From contig OZ244252.1 of assembly GCA_965217185.1 (NCBI GenBank), positions 832,001-896,000 of the forward strand: a stretch of DNA of 64,000 bases, written 5' to 3'. Source of the stretch: an uncultured Candidatus Entotheonella sp. Its GTDB lineage: Bacteria; Tectomicrobia; Entotheonellia; Entotheonellales; Entotheonellaceae. The notes under the pieces were generated by a model. It ran no database searches and was not told the DNA's origin. It saw nothing but the letters and a program-made list of their open reading frames with translations. A program made the position numbers and the translations under genes. This document shows positions 10,438-20,512 of the stretch, piece after piece. Numbering within the stretch: position 1 is the first letter of the stretch; each line of letters opens with the position of its first letter.

Positions 10438-10953
10438 ATGGCCAGAGCGGCGGAGGCCTTGTCGGCGGAGGAGCAGGGAACCAGGCGGCGTCTACTGAGC
10501 TTCTTGGGATGGGGGAGTTTCGTTTCATTTTGTGGCGGTGTCACGGTCGGGTCGTTACGGTTTCTCTTCCCCAGGATTCTCTATGAACCTTCGCAACAAT
10601 TTATAGCAGGCAAGCCGGAGGACTATCAGGTCGGGGAAGTCAGCACCCGAATGAAGAAAGAGCAGCGCGTCTGGATGATTCGTAGTGAAAAGGGAATTTA
10701 CGCTCTCATCGCGATTTGCACCCATCTTGGCTGCACGCCGATCTGGCACTCGAACGAAAATCGTATCAAATGCCCATGCCATGGAAGCATTTTCTTGGTA
10801 GACGGGCAAAATATCGCCGGTCCCGCGCCATCCCCACTTTTTCGGGCCGCCATTTCTCTGGACCTGACTGGGAATATCGCGGTGGACAAGAGCCAGAAGG
10901 AAAATCAGTCTGGAAAGCGTGATGAACCACCTTTTATCCTTCCTTTGTCGTAG
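10438..10953 (+). CDS. Rieske [2Fe-2S] subunit of a Rieske/cytochrome b complex
   Basis: Tat-like TRRRLL followed by a TM helix; boxes CTHLGC and CPCHGS; GPAP. Confidence 0.95.
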   Translation: MARAAEALSAEEQGTRRRLLSFLGWGSFVSFCGGVTVGSLRFLFPRILYEPSQQFIAGKPEDYQVGEVSTRMKKEQRVWMIRSEKGIYALIAICTHLGCTPIWHSNENRIKCPCHGSIFLVDGQNIAGPAPSPLFRAAISLDLTGNIAVDKSQKENQSGKRDEPPFILPLS

Positions 10954-11122
10954 GATTAGGTAGCACAAGTAACATCCATGCCGTGCTTTCTCAGCCATGG
11001 GCCGTCATCGTGTCCTGACGAGCCGACAAGTGATTTCCGCCTGACGCCAGATTGGTTCCGAAGATTGTTCTGCCCCAGTAGCTGTTAACATTCGTGTGCT
11101 CACGTGCTCAAAGGAATGGGTT

Positions 11123-11908
11123 ATGGCAAACCTGAGCCTGAAAAATGTCCCGCAGGTTATTGTTGAGAGCCAAGTATGGAAGTCGATCTTTCGGCACGGC
11201 TATACGATGAACCGTCGGAATCGTTTGTTGGCAATCACCAACAATGTCTTCTATCACATCCTTCCGACGAAAATCAGCAGATACGGCATGCGGATGCGCT
11301 TCCACTGGGGTGCCGGGATTATTACGTTTTATCTTTTCTTAATACTGACTTTTACCGGCGTTCTGTTGATGTTTTATTATGTTCCAACCGTGCCTCGTGC
11401 CTACTATGACATGAAAGACTTGCAGCACGTGGTGCCGTTCGGAAACATTCTCCGCAATATGCATCGATATGGCGCACACGCCATGGTCTTTATGGTGATG
11501 GTCCATATGGCGCGTACGTTCTATACAAGTTCCTACAAGCCGCCACGCGAATTCAATTGGGTCGTGGGCGTTATTCTCCTCAACTTCACCTTCCTTCTGA
11601 GTTTTAGTGGGTATTTGCTGCCCTGGGACCAATTGGCGATTTGGGCCGTGACGGTCGGAAGCAACATGGCGCGAGCGACACCCCTTATCGGGCATGAAGG
11701 GCCTTTCGCCAATCTTATTGGAATGAAGATCAACAATGACATCCGCTTTGCCCTGCTCGGCGGTACTACGGTGGGTTCCGCGACCTTATTGCGTTTCTAC
11801 GTGCTGCACTGTATTGCCTTCCCGATTATCTTGACTGTTTTTATAGTGGTTCACTTTTGGCGGGTCCGCCGCGACGGTTATTCGGGCGATGTGCCGGTCC
11901 GGGAATAG
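11123..11908 (+). CDS. Cytochrome b, N-terminal (b6-like) subunit
   Basis: TGVLLMFYY, heme ligands RNMHRYGAH...VHMAR and LHC...VHFW, and GYLLPWDQ. Confidence 0.95.
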   Translation: MANLSLKNVPQVIVESQVWKSIFRHGYTMNRRNRLLAITNNVFYHILPTKISRYGMRMRFHWGAGIITFYLFLILTFTGVLLMFYYVPTVPRAYYDMKDLQHVVPFGNILRNMHRYGAHAMVFMVMVHMARTFYTSSYKPPREFNWVVGVILLNFTFLLSFSGYLLPWDQLAIWAVTVGSNMARATPLIGHEGPFANLIGMKINNDIRFALLGGTTVGSATLLRFYVLHCIAFPIILTVFIVVHFWRVRRDGYSGDVPVRE

Positions 11909-11972
11909 CGCGCCAAGCCAGTAAGAGAGACAGAAAACCGTTCGTTTGTCGCAGTCAATAGGGTGAGGGGTT

Positions 11973-12797
11973 ATGGCAGCTACTGAAAAAAGCGGGAAGA
12001 CCGAACAGGCCACGAGAAGAGCGGCTCGAGCGGTGCCGACAGCCAGTTCGGAGAGGTTTGAACTGACGTGGCCTTACTTTATGTATACGGTCGTCATCTG
12101 TTTCCTTTTGACGACCATTGTCCTGTGGGTCTGGTCCATGGTTGTCTTGGCTCCATTGGAGCCGATTGCCGACCCCAACAAGACACCTAACCCCTCCAAG
12201 GCGCCTTGGTATTTTGTGGGATTGCAAGAACTGCTGGTTTATTTTGATCCATGGATAGCCGGCGTGGTGCTGCCGGGTCTAATTCTCGGCGGTCTCATGG
12301 CTATCCCGTACATCGACAAGAACACCCATGGTATTGGCGAATATAACTATAAGGATCGCAAGTTCGCGGTGTGGGTGTTCTCCTTGGGAACGGTGTTCTG
12401 GTTTCTCCTGATTATCATTGGATATTTCTTTCGCGGCCCTAGTTGGCAGTGGTATTGGCCTTGGGAAAGTTGGGAAATCCACAAAGAATCCCTCGCCGTC
12501 ACCCATAGCTGGAGCCTGCTTGGGGGCTCGCTCTTCTTAACTGGCTACACTGCCGTTGGACTCATCCTGCCCGTGGCGATTCCCTACCTGATTGGGTCAA
12601 GAGTCAAACCTGGCTCTTGGATTAAGAAGTTCTGCGACGTGTTGCAAGAGTTTTACGAGAAGCGGGGTGCCACCATTTATGCGATTGAGATGCTGTTGCT
12701 GCTTGCCATGCTCGGCATCCCGGTCAAGATGGTTCTGCGGTTGGTTTTCAACGTCAAATATATCCTGGAAATTCCTGCGATAAATCTAAACATCTAG
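11973..12797 (+). CDS. Cytochrome b C-terminal (subunit IV-like) protein with extra TM helices
   Basis: APLEPIADPNKTPNPSKAPWYF (the PEWY-equivalent loop), IPYID and RGPSWQW. Confidence 0.88.
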   Translation: MAATEKSGKTEQATRRAARAVPTASSERFELTWPYFMYTVVICFLLTTIVLWVWSMVVLAPLEPIADPNKTPNPSKAPWYFVGLQELLVYFDPWIAGVVLPGLILGGLMAIPYIDKNTHGIGEYNYKDRKFAVWVFSLGTVFWFLLIIIGYFFRGPSWQWYWPWESWEIHKESLAVTHSWSLLGGSLFLTGYTAVGLILPVAIPYLIGSRVKPGSWIKKFCDVLQEFYEKRGATIYAIEMLLLLAMLGIPVKMVLRLVFNVKYILEIPAINLNI

Positions 12798-12828
12798 CTA
12801 GCTTGTGTCGTTCGGAAAGGAAAACGTC

Positions 12829-14148
12829 ATGGCAGAAAAGAGGGTTAAGCTTTTTAGCAACACCTTCATGGCTGCAGCGTTTGCTCTTGGTAATTTTGCA
12901 TTGCTATTGCTGTTGATGTGGACCGTAACAGATGAGTATGGTCCAGAGTGGAAGAAGTACCAGCGTCAATACTACCGGTTGTTGGCGGAACGCACAGATG
13001 ATCCCGCTGCAAGACAAAGGATTCTCACCACACCCCTTGAAATCAAACAGGTGTGGACACCCAAGTTGCAAATCATCGACCGCTGCATGACCTGCCACCT
13101 TGGGGCCAATAATCCCGCGATGACTGACGCGCCCCAACCTTTCAGGGTCCACCCTAACTTCCAGCAGCACGCCTTTAGCGAGATTGGGTGCGCCGTTTGC
13201 CACGAAGGGCAGGGATTCGCAACAACCGTGCACGCGGCTCACGTTATGGAAGACCTCGAGGAGCGCTTTGGCCTCTTCGATGAGCAGCATTCGGGTTGGA
13301 GCCGACCCCTGTTGCCTCTGGAGTATACTCAGGCTTCCTGTCAAAAGTGCCACAACGTGATGGAGGGGCCCATTCCCGGAGCCGAACATCTGAACAAGGG
13401 TTGGCAACTGGTGCAGGAGAAGAGTTGCCGAACGTGTCATTACATCGTTGACGGCGGTGCGAAGCAGGCACCCGAACTCAGCATCGCCGGCTCGACCTTT
13501 TTTAATGAATCCGGCCATTCTGAATTGTTCCACCATGAGCGTTTTGGCTATCTCAAGGAGTCTCTCCGCTGCCCGCAGGCAAATCTCAGCCATGCAGCAG
13601 CCGAGGCATGCCCGGATCCACCCCCTCCAGTCACTCCAGGCAGCGCATCTGCAAACGGCGACGGTCATGCGGCACCCCCCGCTGCAGCGGTTGTGGCCAT
13701 GCCCAATTTTGGGTTCAATGATGATGAGCTACGGGATGTGGTCATTTTTCTCCTGAGTCTGAAAGAAGCGACGGTGGTTTGGCCTCAGAGGTCCTTTGTC
13801 GAGGCCGCTGAGGGTAACGGACAAGCCGTTGCAAGCGATGAGCCTGCCTGGGTTGGAAAGAACGGTGCGGAATTGGTGCAGGCGGTTGGATGCATTGCTT
13901 GTCACAACCTCGATGGCCCGGAACGTACGGTCGGGCCGAGTTTGTGGGATATTGGCGCCAGGAAAGACAAGGGTTACATTCGAGAATCAATTCTTGAGCC
14001 CGACAAAGTGATTGCCGACGGCGATCCCCCGTACGCTCCAGGGGTCATGCATGCAACGCTAACCAGCACGGGTTTTTATCAACACATAACGTTGGAGGCA
14101 CTGGAGAGCATCGTCGAATATCTCACTGGCCTGAACGGTGAGAGCTAG
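12829..14148 (+). CDS. Membrane-anchored pentaheme c-type cytochrome
   Basis: N-terminal TM helix and five CxxCH motifs: CMTCH, CAVCH, CQKCH, CRTCH, CIACH. Confidence 0.92.
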   Translation: MAEKRVKLFSNTFMAAAFALGNFALLLLLMWTVTDEYGPEWKKYQRQYYRLLAERTDDPAARQRILTTPLEIKQVWTPKLQIIDRCMTCHLGANNPAMTDAPQPFRVHPNFQQHAFSEIGCAVCHEGQGFATTVHAAHVMEDLEERFGLFDEQHSGWSRPLLPLEYTQASCQKCHNVMEGPIPGAEHLNKGWQLVQEKSCRTCHYIVDGGAKQAPELSIAGSTFFNESGHSELFHHERFGYLKESLRCPQANLSHAAAEACPDPPPPVTPGSASANGDGHAAPPAAAVVAMPNFGFNDDELRDVVIFLLSLKEATVVWPQRSFVEAAEGNGQAVASDEPAWVGKNGAELVQAVGCIACHNLDGPERTVGPSLWDIGARKDKGYIRESILEPDKVIADGDPPYAPGVMHATLTSTGFYQHITLEALESIVEYLTGLNGES

Positions 14149-14301
14149 GGAGAAAAGCCCCATTCAGGGGCGTCATACTCGACAAGCATTTCCGCATCGG
14201 GCGTTCGGGTGCCCAATGCATTGAGTGGCGACAGGTTGCCGCGGTCCCTCTGGTGGTCTGGAGCTGTCTCATCGTTAAGAAGAAGAGAGGAGAAAGTTGT
14301 T

Positions 14302-14532
14302 ATGGCTGACGTTGTCAATCTCGGACATCTCGCAGCGGGTTTTGGAGCGGGTGCAGTAACGGTTGGTGCGGCTTACGGCATTGGTCGCATTGCCGGGGCA
14401 GCCATGGAAGGCAGCGCACGCAACCCGCAGGCGGCAGGCGATGTGCGGACTTCGATGATTATCGCGTGCGCTTTGATCGAAGGTGTGGCGCTCTTCGGTG
14501 AAGTCATTTGTCTCCTTTTAGCTCTCAAGTAA
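14302..14532 (+). CDS. atpE: F0 ATP synthase subunit c
   Basis: Gly-rich helix, ARNP loop, ion-binding Glu in ALIEGVALF, and a GAGGAG RBS. Confidence 0.95.
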   Translation: MADVVNLGHLAAGFGAGAVTVGAAYGIGRIAGAAMEGSARNPQAAGDVRTSMIIACALIEGVALFGEVICLLLALK

Positions 14533-14541
14533 GCACACATC

Positions 14542-15036
14542 ATGCTAACGATAGAACCCGGGCTATTAATCTGGACCATCATTACGTTCGTCATTCTGTT
14601 GGCCGTGCTGGGCAAGTTGGCCTGGAAGCCGTTGCTTGGGGCCTTGGAACAACGCGAGACGACGATACGCGAGTCGCTGGAAAAAGCTGAGCAAGCGCGT
14701 CTTGATGCAGAGCAATTAATAGCTCAGAACCAGCAGATTCTAGCTGAGGCGAACCAGCAGGCGAACCGTATCCTCGCGCAAGCGCAGGAGGATGGCCAAC
14801 GCCTCCGTGATTCTCTTGCTGAGCAGGCGCGTCAGGATTCCTTACGCTTTCGGGAAGAGACCCGCCAGGAGCTTGAAAGAGAGAAACAGCTTGCCGTGCA
14901 GGATCTGAAACGAACTGCCAGTGACTTGGCTCTCGCCGCTACGGAACGACTTCTGAGCACGGTTGTATCCAGTGATGATCATCGCCGTTTGGTCGACGAG
15001 TTTCTGGATCGCTTTCCCGACGGCCTGGATGGCTAA
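14542..15036 (+). CDS. atpF: F0 ATP synthase subunit b
   Basis: PGLLIWTIITF...KLAWKPLLGALEQRE followed by a long coiled coil. Confidence 0.95.
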   Translation: MLTIEPGLLIWTIITFVILLAVLGKLAWKPLLGALEQRETTIRESLEKAEQARLDAEQLIAQNQQILAEANQQANRILAQAQEDGQRLRDSLAEQARQDSLRFREETRQELEREKQLAVQDLKRTASDLALAATERLLSTVVSSDDHRRLVDEFLDRFPDGLDG

Positions 15037-15303
15037 ATCCATACCGTTCGCTGCAATGGTTGATAATCCCTGTTATGCCAAGCGGCGGGTGAAGGACGTA
15101 TCGCCCGTGGAATTGTCCTGTTCCCGCCGTGCTCCCCTTCAGCGTGCAACACGCCTACCTCACATTTCCCTGGTCGTTCAAGCAAGTAACATTCCATGGC
15201 AGCGGCACTTCAAACGGGCCCTCGTCAGCGCTCTTTCGTTACGGACTGGTATGCGCTATGCTCTGCTGACAGTGAAAGCTGCGTTCATCCAGGGAGTCTC
15301 CAT

Positions 15304-16227
15304 ATGTCTTCTTCCCTCCGCGAGAAGGGATCAGCATTATTTGAACATCATCTCGATAGATTGCAGCAATATCTGATCGTCGAGAAAGGTCTTTCGCGAA
15401 ACACTCTCGCTGCCTATCTCTCGGATTTACAACGTTTCGAGGATTTCGTTCAGCAAGAATGCCTCCCTGCCTTCCAGGATCTCACGCCTGACCACATCAC
15501 TGGTTATCTTGCAAAGCGCCGACAGCAAGGGGTTGTCGCGCGCACCTTGGCGCGCGAACTGGTTTCCATCAAAACGCTGTATCGCTTCCTCCGAGAGGAG
15601 GGGACCTTGGCGATTGATCCCACCGAGCAAATCTCCACGCCGCAGCAAAGACAAGTTCTCCCTGACGTGCTCAGCCTGGATGAAGTCGAACAACTCCTCG
15701 AGGCGCCTGATACGGACAGGCCTTTGGGCAAGCGCGACGCCGCAATGCTCGAAGTTCTCTACGCTGCCGGCTTGCGGGTTAGTGAATTGGTGGAATTGAG
15801 TCTTGGGGATGTACATGCCACAACCGGTTGCATCAAGGTGCGCGGCAAGGGTGGAAAAGAACGCTTGGTGCCCATGGGAGAGGTGGCGGCAGGGCGAGTG
15901 GAGGATTATGTGTTGACAGGACGCTCCGAGCTCGCCAAGGGCCGCCAAGCCGCGGCCCTTTTCATCAACCGTTCTGCCCGCGGGTTGACCCGGCAGGCGT
16001 TATGGAAGATCGTGAAAAAGTACGTGCAGCAGGTGGCGATTCATAAATCCATAAGCCCTCATACCCTGCGCCATTCCTTCGCAACGCATCTCCTTGCAGG
16101 TGGAGCCGACCTGCGTTCACTTCAGCATATGCTGGGTCATGTCGATATTTCGACCACCCAGATTTATACCCATGTTGTGCAACAGCGCCTGCGGGCAGTC
16201 TATACGGAGCATCATCCCCGTCCATAG
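15304..16227 (+). CDS. xerD: Tyrosine recombinase XerD
   Basis: Motifs EKGLSRNTLAAY, YAAGLRVSEL, GKGGKERLVP, SPHTLRHSFATHLL and LGHVDISTTQIYTHV. Confidence 0.93.
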   Translation: MSSSLREKGSALFEHHLDRLQQYLIVEKGLSRNTLAAYLSDLQRFEDFVQQECLPAFQDLTPDHITGYLAKRRQQGVVARTLARELVSIKTLYRFLREEGTLAIDPTEQISTPQQRQVLPDVLSLDEVEQLLEAPDTDRPLGKRDAAMLEVLYAAGLRVSELVELSLGDVHATTGCIKVRGKGGKERLVPMGEVAAGRVEDYVLTGRSELAKGRQAAALFINRSARGLTRQALWKIVKKYVQQVAIHKSISPHTLRHSFATHLLAGGADLRSLQHMLGHVDISTTQIYTHVVQQRLRAVYTEHHPRP

Positions 16228-16237
16228 GATCAGGCGT

Positions 16238-18940
16238 ATGGCAACTTCCACCACCGCGTACGACATGCAAGGGGAGCCGCATTCCTTTGCACCGCTTTTG
16301 GATCGCGGTTTTGAGCGACCGCAGTTTCTGCAAGGCTTGAAAGCGTTGACCGCCGCCGCAAATGAGCGCATCCGTCAGCAGCACGATGCCGGGGCGCGGG
16401 GCCGGAATGTCGTGCGCCACCATACGGCCTTGGTTGATGATGTGGTGCGCACCGTTTTTCAATACGTTGTTAGCCATTATTCCAGTCCGATGGAACCCTG
16501 CGCGCTCTTAGCCCTGGGGGGGTATGGCCGTGGGGAGATGAACCCTTATTCGGACATCGATCTGATGTTCCTCTGCCACAAAACGCCGCCTGAGGATGTA
16601 GTGCGAGAAACGCTCTATTTGCTTTGGGACACCGGGTACACCCTGGGCCACAGCGTACGAACTCGGCGCGACGTGATTAAAATGGCGGATGTGGACTTGA
16701 CCGCCCAGACGGCGATGCGCGAAGCTCGTTTCCTTGAAGGCGATTCCCAGTTGTATCGCTGGTTTGAAGAGGAAATTCACCACAAGCGTTTCACCCCGCG
16801 CAGGCGGCGTAGTTTCATACAGCGCAAGATCGTGGAGTGTCGTGAGCGCCACGCGACCTTCTCCAATACTGTCAATGTGATGGAACCTAACGTCAAGGAG
16901 AGCCCAGGAGGGTTGCGCGATTATCATACGGCGCGTTGGATTGCCGCGGCGTTTTACCGTGCCGAAACGCTGGCGGACTTGGAGAGCGAAGGGCTGTTAA
17001 CTCAAGAAGACCGGCAGGTGGTGGAAGCAGCGCTGGATTTTCTGTTCCGAGTTCGTAATGCCCTGCATTATCACTACGGTCGCAAGAACGACTTGCTGTC
17101 CGTAGACGTGCAGGAGACTCTGGCGGCTGCGCTGCAGTTTGAGGCAAGTGACGAGAAGTTGGCGGTCGAATACTTCCTCAAGGCTTATTACGTTCATGCC
17201 AATGTGATCGCCCATTTTTGTCAAACTGTCGTGGAAGCCGTGTCGCGCATGTATCGGCCGCGCCGCTGGTCCATCTTACGCCGTACTCGACGGGTCGGGG
17301 ATGGATTCGTTATTCGGGACGGTTACCTGGGTCATGAAGCTGCGGCCCTTGATGAGGTATTCACAGCCCAGCCGGCGCTCATGATGCAGGTCTTTGTCAA
17401 AGCGCATGACTACCGAGTACCGCTGGAGCCGGTGCTGTCCCGCACCATCAAGGCGAATGCCGGCCTGTTCGCGGATGAAACCACCCGGTGTTCATCTGAA
17501 GTGCGGGCAACTTTTTGGCGCATCTTGTCCCAGCCCCATTCAGCCTCCATTCTGCGTACGCTGCACTGGCATGGCCTGCTGAGCGCGTACATCCCGGAAT
17601 TTGCTCCCTTAACCTGTCTGCCGTCCTACGACCTGCATCATTGTTATACGGTCGACGAACACACGCTTCTCACAATTGAAAAGATCGAAAGCCTTGCAGG
17701 AACCACAGTGCCCATGCTACGGCCGTTGGCGCGGCTTTACGAGGAGACGTCCGACTCGGACAAGATATTGTTGAAGCTGGCCTTGTTGTTGCACGATCTG
17801 GGTAAGGATGTCGGGCCGGGCAAAGCCTCGCATGTGCATCGCAGCGGTGAGATTGCCGAAGAGGTATGTGAACGATTTGAATTGCCGGCTGAACAACGCC
17901 ACATCGTCCAGGTGTTGGTTGTGCATCACTTGGCGATGAATCGATTGGCTCAGCGACGGGACATCACCGACAAGAAGGTCATCGCAGAATGCGCCAGCCT
18001 TGTGGAAACGGCATCCAATCTGCAAAAGCTTTATCTACTGACGTTTGCGGATACGTCTGCGGTGGGGCCTGACGTGTGGACGGTTTGGAAGGGCACCTTA
18101 TTGGCGGAACTCTATCATCGCACCCACGACTACCTTGTTCAGCAACGTCCGGTCATCGCACCGTCCGATGATGAACTCCGCAGCCGTGCGCGTGTGGGCC
18201 TGATGGCGGCCCTGAATGGCCACGGAAGTCCTGCCGAAGTCGACTACTTCCTCGCCTCCATGCCGGCCAGGTATCTGATGGCGACGGCCCCCATCCAGAT
18301 GGCCATTCATTTGGGCATGATGAAAAAAGCCCGGCAGTTGCCCATTGTTCTCCATGCGGAACAGCACGCCTCGGCAGGATTTAGCAGCGTAACGATCTGT
18401 GCCACGGAGAGACGCGGCATCTTTTCGCTGATAGCCGGGGCCTTGAGCCACAACCGGCTGAATATCCTGGGCGCTGAGATATATACCTCACAGGACGATT
18501 TGGCCCTTGATATTCTGCATGTGGAGACGCTCGATCAAAGAGCCGTGACGGATCTGCAGGTGTGGCAGCACGTCGAAGCGGTTTTGCGTGACGCTCTCGT
18601 CGATGTGCGTCACGTTGAGCAAGTTCCCGTGCAAGGACGGCGCCCTCTCAAGAGCCAGAAGTTCGACGTATTTGTGAAGCCGCCGCATATTGTGATTCAT
18701 AACAATCACTCCGATACCCACACCATTCTCGAGTTGCAGGCTCAGGATAGCCTGGGTCTGCTTTATCGGCTCACGCGCGTCCTCTATGAACAGGATGTGG
18801 ATATTGCGTTGGCAAAGATATCTACAGAGGGGAACAGGGCGATCGACGTTTTCTATGTGACGGATGCGGATGGACGAAAGATCGTAGAGGAAACGGCGCT
18901 GGAATCCATACGACAGGCACTCTTGGCCGCCGCCGTTTGA
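16238..18940 (+). CDS. glnD: [Protein-PII] uridylyltransferase/uridylyl-removing enzyme
   Basis: Motifs GGYGRGEMNPYSDIDL, EPNVKESPGGLRD and HCYTVDEH/LLHDLGK (HD domain), with C-terminal ACT domains. Confidence 0.96.
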   Translation: MATSTTAYDMQGEPHSFAPLLDRGFERPQFLQGLKALTAAANERIRQQHDAGARGRNVVRHHTALVDDVVRTVFQYVVSHYSSPMEPCALLALGGYGRGEMNPYSDIDLMFLCHKTPPEDVVRETLYLLWDTGYTLGHSVRTRRDVIKMADVDLTAQTAMREARFLEGDSQLYRWFEEEIHHKRFTPRRRRSFIQRKIVECRERHATFSNTVNVMEPNVKESPGGLRDYHTARWIAAAFYRAETLADLESEGLLTQEDRQVVEAALDFLFRVRNALHYHYGRKNDLLSVDVQETLAAALQFEASDEKLAVEYFLKAYYVHANVIAHFCQTVVEAVSRMYRPRRWSILRRTRRVGDGFVIRDGYLGHEAAALDEVFTAQPALMMQVFVKAHDYRVPLEPVLSRTIKANAGLFADETTRCSSEVRATFWRILSQPHSASILRTLHWHGLLSAYIPEFAPLTCLPSYDLHHCYTVDEHTLLTIEKIESLAGTTVPMLRPLARLYEETSDSDKILLKLALLLHDLGKDVGPGKASHVHRSGEIAEEVCERFELPAEQRHIVQVLVVHHLAMNRLAQRRDITDKKVIAECASLVETASNLQKLYLLTFADTSAVGPDVWTVWKGTLLAELYHRTHDYLVQQRPVIAPSDDELRSRARVGLMAALNGHGSPAEVDYFLASMPARYLMATAPIQMAIHLGMMKKARQLPIVLHAEQHASAGFSSVTICATERRGIFSLIAGALSHNRLNILGAEIYTSQDDLALDILHVETLDQRAVTDLQVWQHVEAVLRDALVDVRHVEQVPVQGRRPLKSQKFDVFVKPPHIVIHNNHSDTHTILELQAQDSLGLLYRLTRVLYEQDVDIALAKISTEGNRAIDVFYVTDADGRKIVEETALESIRQALLAAAV

Positions 18941-18973
18941 GATCGATACTGAGAGGAGACGTACGGCAGGCGC

Positions 18974-19981
18974 ATGGAACACATCCTTGAGTTGCCACGC
19001 GGGCGGGTGATTCCCCAGTTGTTCGGCATTCACGATGCCAATTTGCGCTATATTGAGGAACGTCTTTCCGTCGCGATCCGGGCGCACGAAAACATCGTAA
19101 CCATTGCCGGAAGTGCCACCTCGGTTGAATTAGCAGCCAAATTGCTGGAGGGGGCGTATCGCTTGTTGGAGGCCGGCATTCGGCTCGATATCGCCGACTT
19201 GGGGTTTTTGACCAGCCTCATAGAAAATGGCGAGGAGTTGAATCCGGGCACCATACGGTCTGAGCGTATCGCGATCCCGTGCAAAAAAGGTTTTGTGAGT
19301 CCGAAAAGCCTTGGACAGCGGCATTATATTCAGGCCATACGACGTCACGATATCGTGGTGGGTATCGGCCCGGCGGGAACCGGAAAAACCTACCTCGCCA
19401 TGGCGATGGCTGTGGCAGAGTTGGAGCAAAAGAGGTGCAGCCGCATCATTCTTGCGCGTCCGGCGGTGGAAGCCGGCGAGCGACTCGGATTTCTCCCCGG
19501 TGACCTGCTGGATAAGGTGAACCCCTACCTGCGGCCTCTCTACGATGCTCTGTATGACATGGTGGAATTCGATGATGCCCAGCGCCTGATCGAACGGGGG
19601 GCCATTGAGGTCGCGCCGCTGGCGTTCATGCGCGGGCGCACACTCAATGACTCCTTCATCATCCTCGACGAGGCCCAAAACGCCACGACCGAACAGATGA
19701 AAATGTTCCTGACGCGGCTGGGTTTTTATTCCAAAGCCGTCATCACCGGCGACATCACGCAGGTAGATCTGCCCAATCGCAAGGAATCGGGCCTGATCCA
19801 GATTCAGCGAATTCTGCGTGGCATTGACGGGATTGATTTCGTCTATTTTTCCGAGCGCGACGTTGTGCGTCATCCCCTCGTGCAAGAGATTATCAAGGCT
19901 TATGATCGTTACGGGAACGGGGCGGAGAAAACGGCCGAGGATCTGAGGGAGGAAACGGCGAGTTCCGTTTCGGACCGCTGA
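18974..19981 (+). CDS. phoH: PhoH-family ATPase (YbeZ)
   Basis: Motifs GPAGTGKTYLA, RPAVEAGERLGFLPG, PLAFMRGRTL and DEAQN. Confidence 0.96.
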   Translation: MEHILELPRGRVIPQLFGIHDANLRYIEERLSVAIRAHENIVTIAGSATSVELAAKLLEGAYRLLEAGIRLDIADLGFLTSLIENGEELNPGTIRSERIAIPCKKGFVSPKSLGQRHYIQAIRRHDIVVGIGPAGTGKTYLAMAMAVAELEQKRCSRIILARPAVEAGERLGFLPGDLLDKVNPYLRPLYDALYDMVEFDDAQRLIERGAIEVAPLAFMRGRTLNDSFIILDEAQNATTEQMKMFLTRLGFYSKAVITGDITQVDLPNRKESGLIQIQRILRGIDGIDFVYFSERDVVRHPLVQEIIKAYDRYGNGAEKTAEDLREETASSVSDR

Positions 19982-19987
19982 CACGTT

Positions 19988-20512
19988 ATGGCCGTATGGA
20001 TCAACAATCGCCAGCGGCGCGTGGCACTCAATACGCCGTTTGTGAAGAAACAAGCCCTGCGGATGATGGCCTACCTTGGGTGCAGTGAAAACGAACTCAG
20101 CGTAGTCTTCGTGCATGACGGGCGCATGCAGTCGTTGAATCGCGCTTACCGCAGCAAGGACCGTCCTACCAACGTGCTGGCTTTTCCACAATGCCCAACC
20201 TATGAAGGCGAGCCGCAGACCCTTTTGCTAGGGGACGTCGTCATTTCACTACCGACTGCGGCGCGTGAGGCCTTTGAACTCAACCAGACGCTTGAGGAAC
20301 GCGTCGTGTTTCTTCTTGTCCATGGCCTGCTTCACCTATTGGGCTACGACCATGAGCAGTCCGCTGCCCAACGCCGCCGCATGGAATGTCGCGAACAAGA
20401 TATTCTGTCGCACCTGAAGGACAGCCGGCATCAACGGAGCGCTGTCAGCCCCGACCCTGATCAGGACCTACCATGCCATGAACACGTCAGGCTCATCCCA
20501 CCCGCCTCATAG
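19988..20512 (+). CDS. ybeY: rRNA maturation RNase YbeY
   Basis: Motifs LNRAYRSKDRPTNVLAF, LGDVVIS and HGLLHLLGYDH. Confidence 0.96.
   Translation: MAVWINNRQRRVALNTPFVKKQALRMMAYLGCSENELSVVFVHDGRMQSLNRAYRSKDRPTNVLAFPQCPTYEGEPQTLLLGDVVISLPTAAREAFELNQTLEERVVFLLVHGLLHLLGYDHEQSAAQRRRMECREQDILSHLKDSRHQRSAVSPDPDQDLPCHEHVRLIPPAS

Noticed and set aside
15304..16227. Prophage or island integrase
   Set aside because: The sequence is XerD-like and embedded among housekeeping genes, with no att sites or cargo.
19130..20191. Long antisense ORFs (for example 19130-20191, 25886-27058, 36774-37871, 53400-54431)
   Set aside because: They are shadow frames opposite well-supported genes in GC-rich DNA and carry no recognisable motifs.
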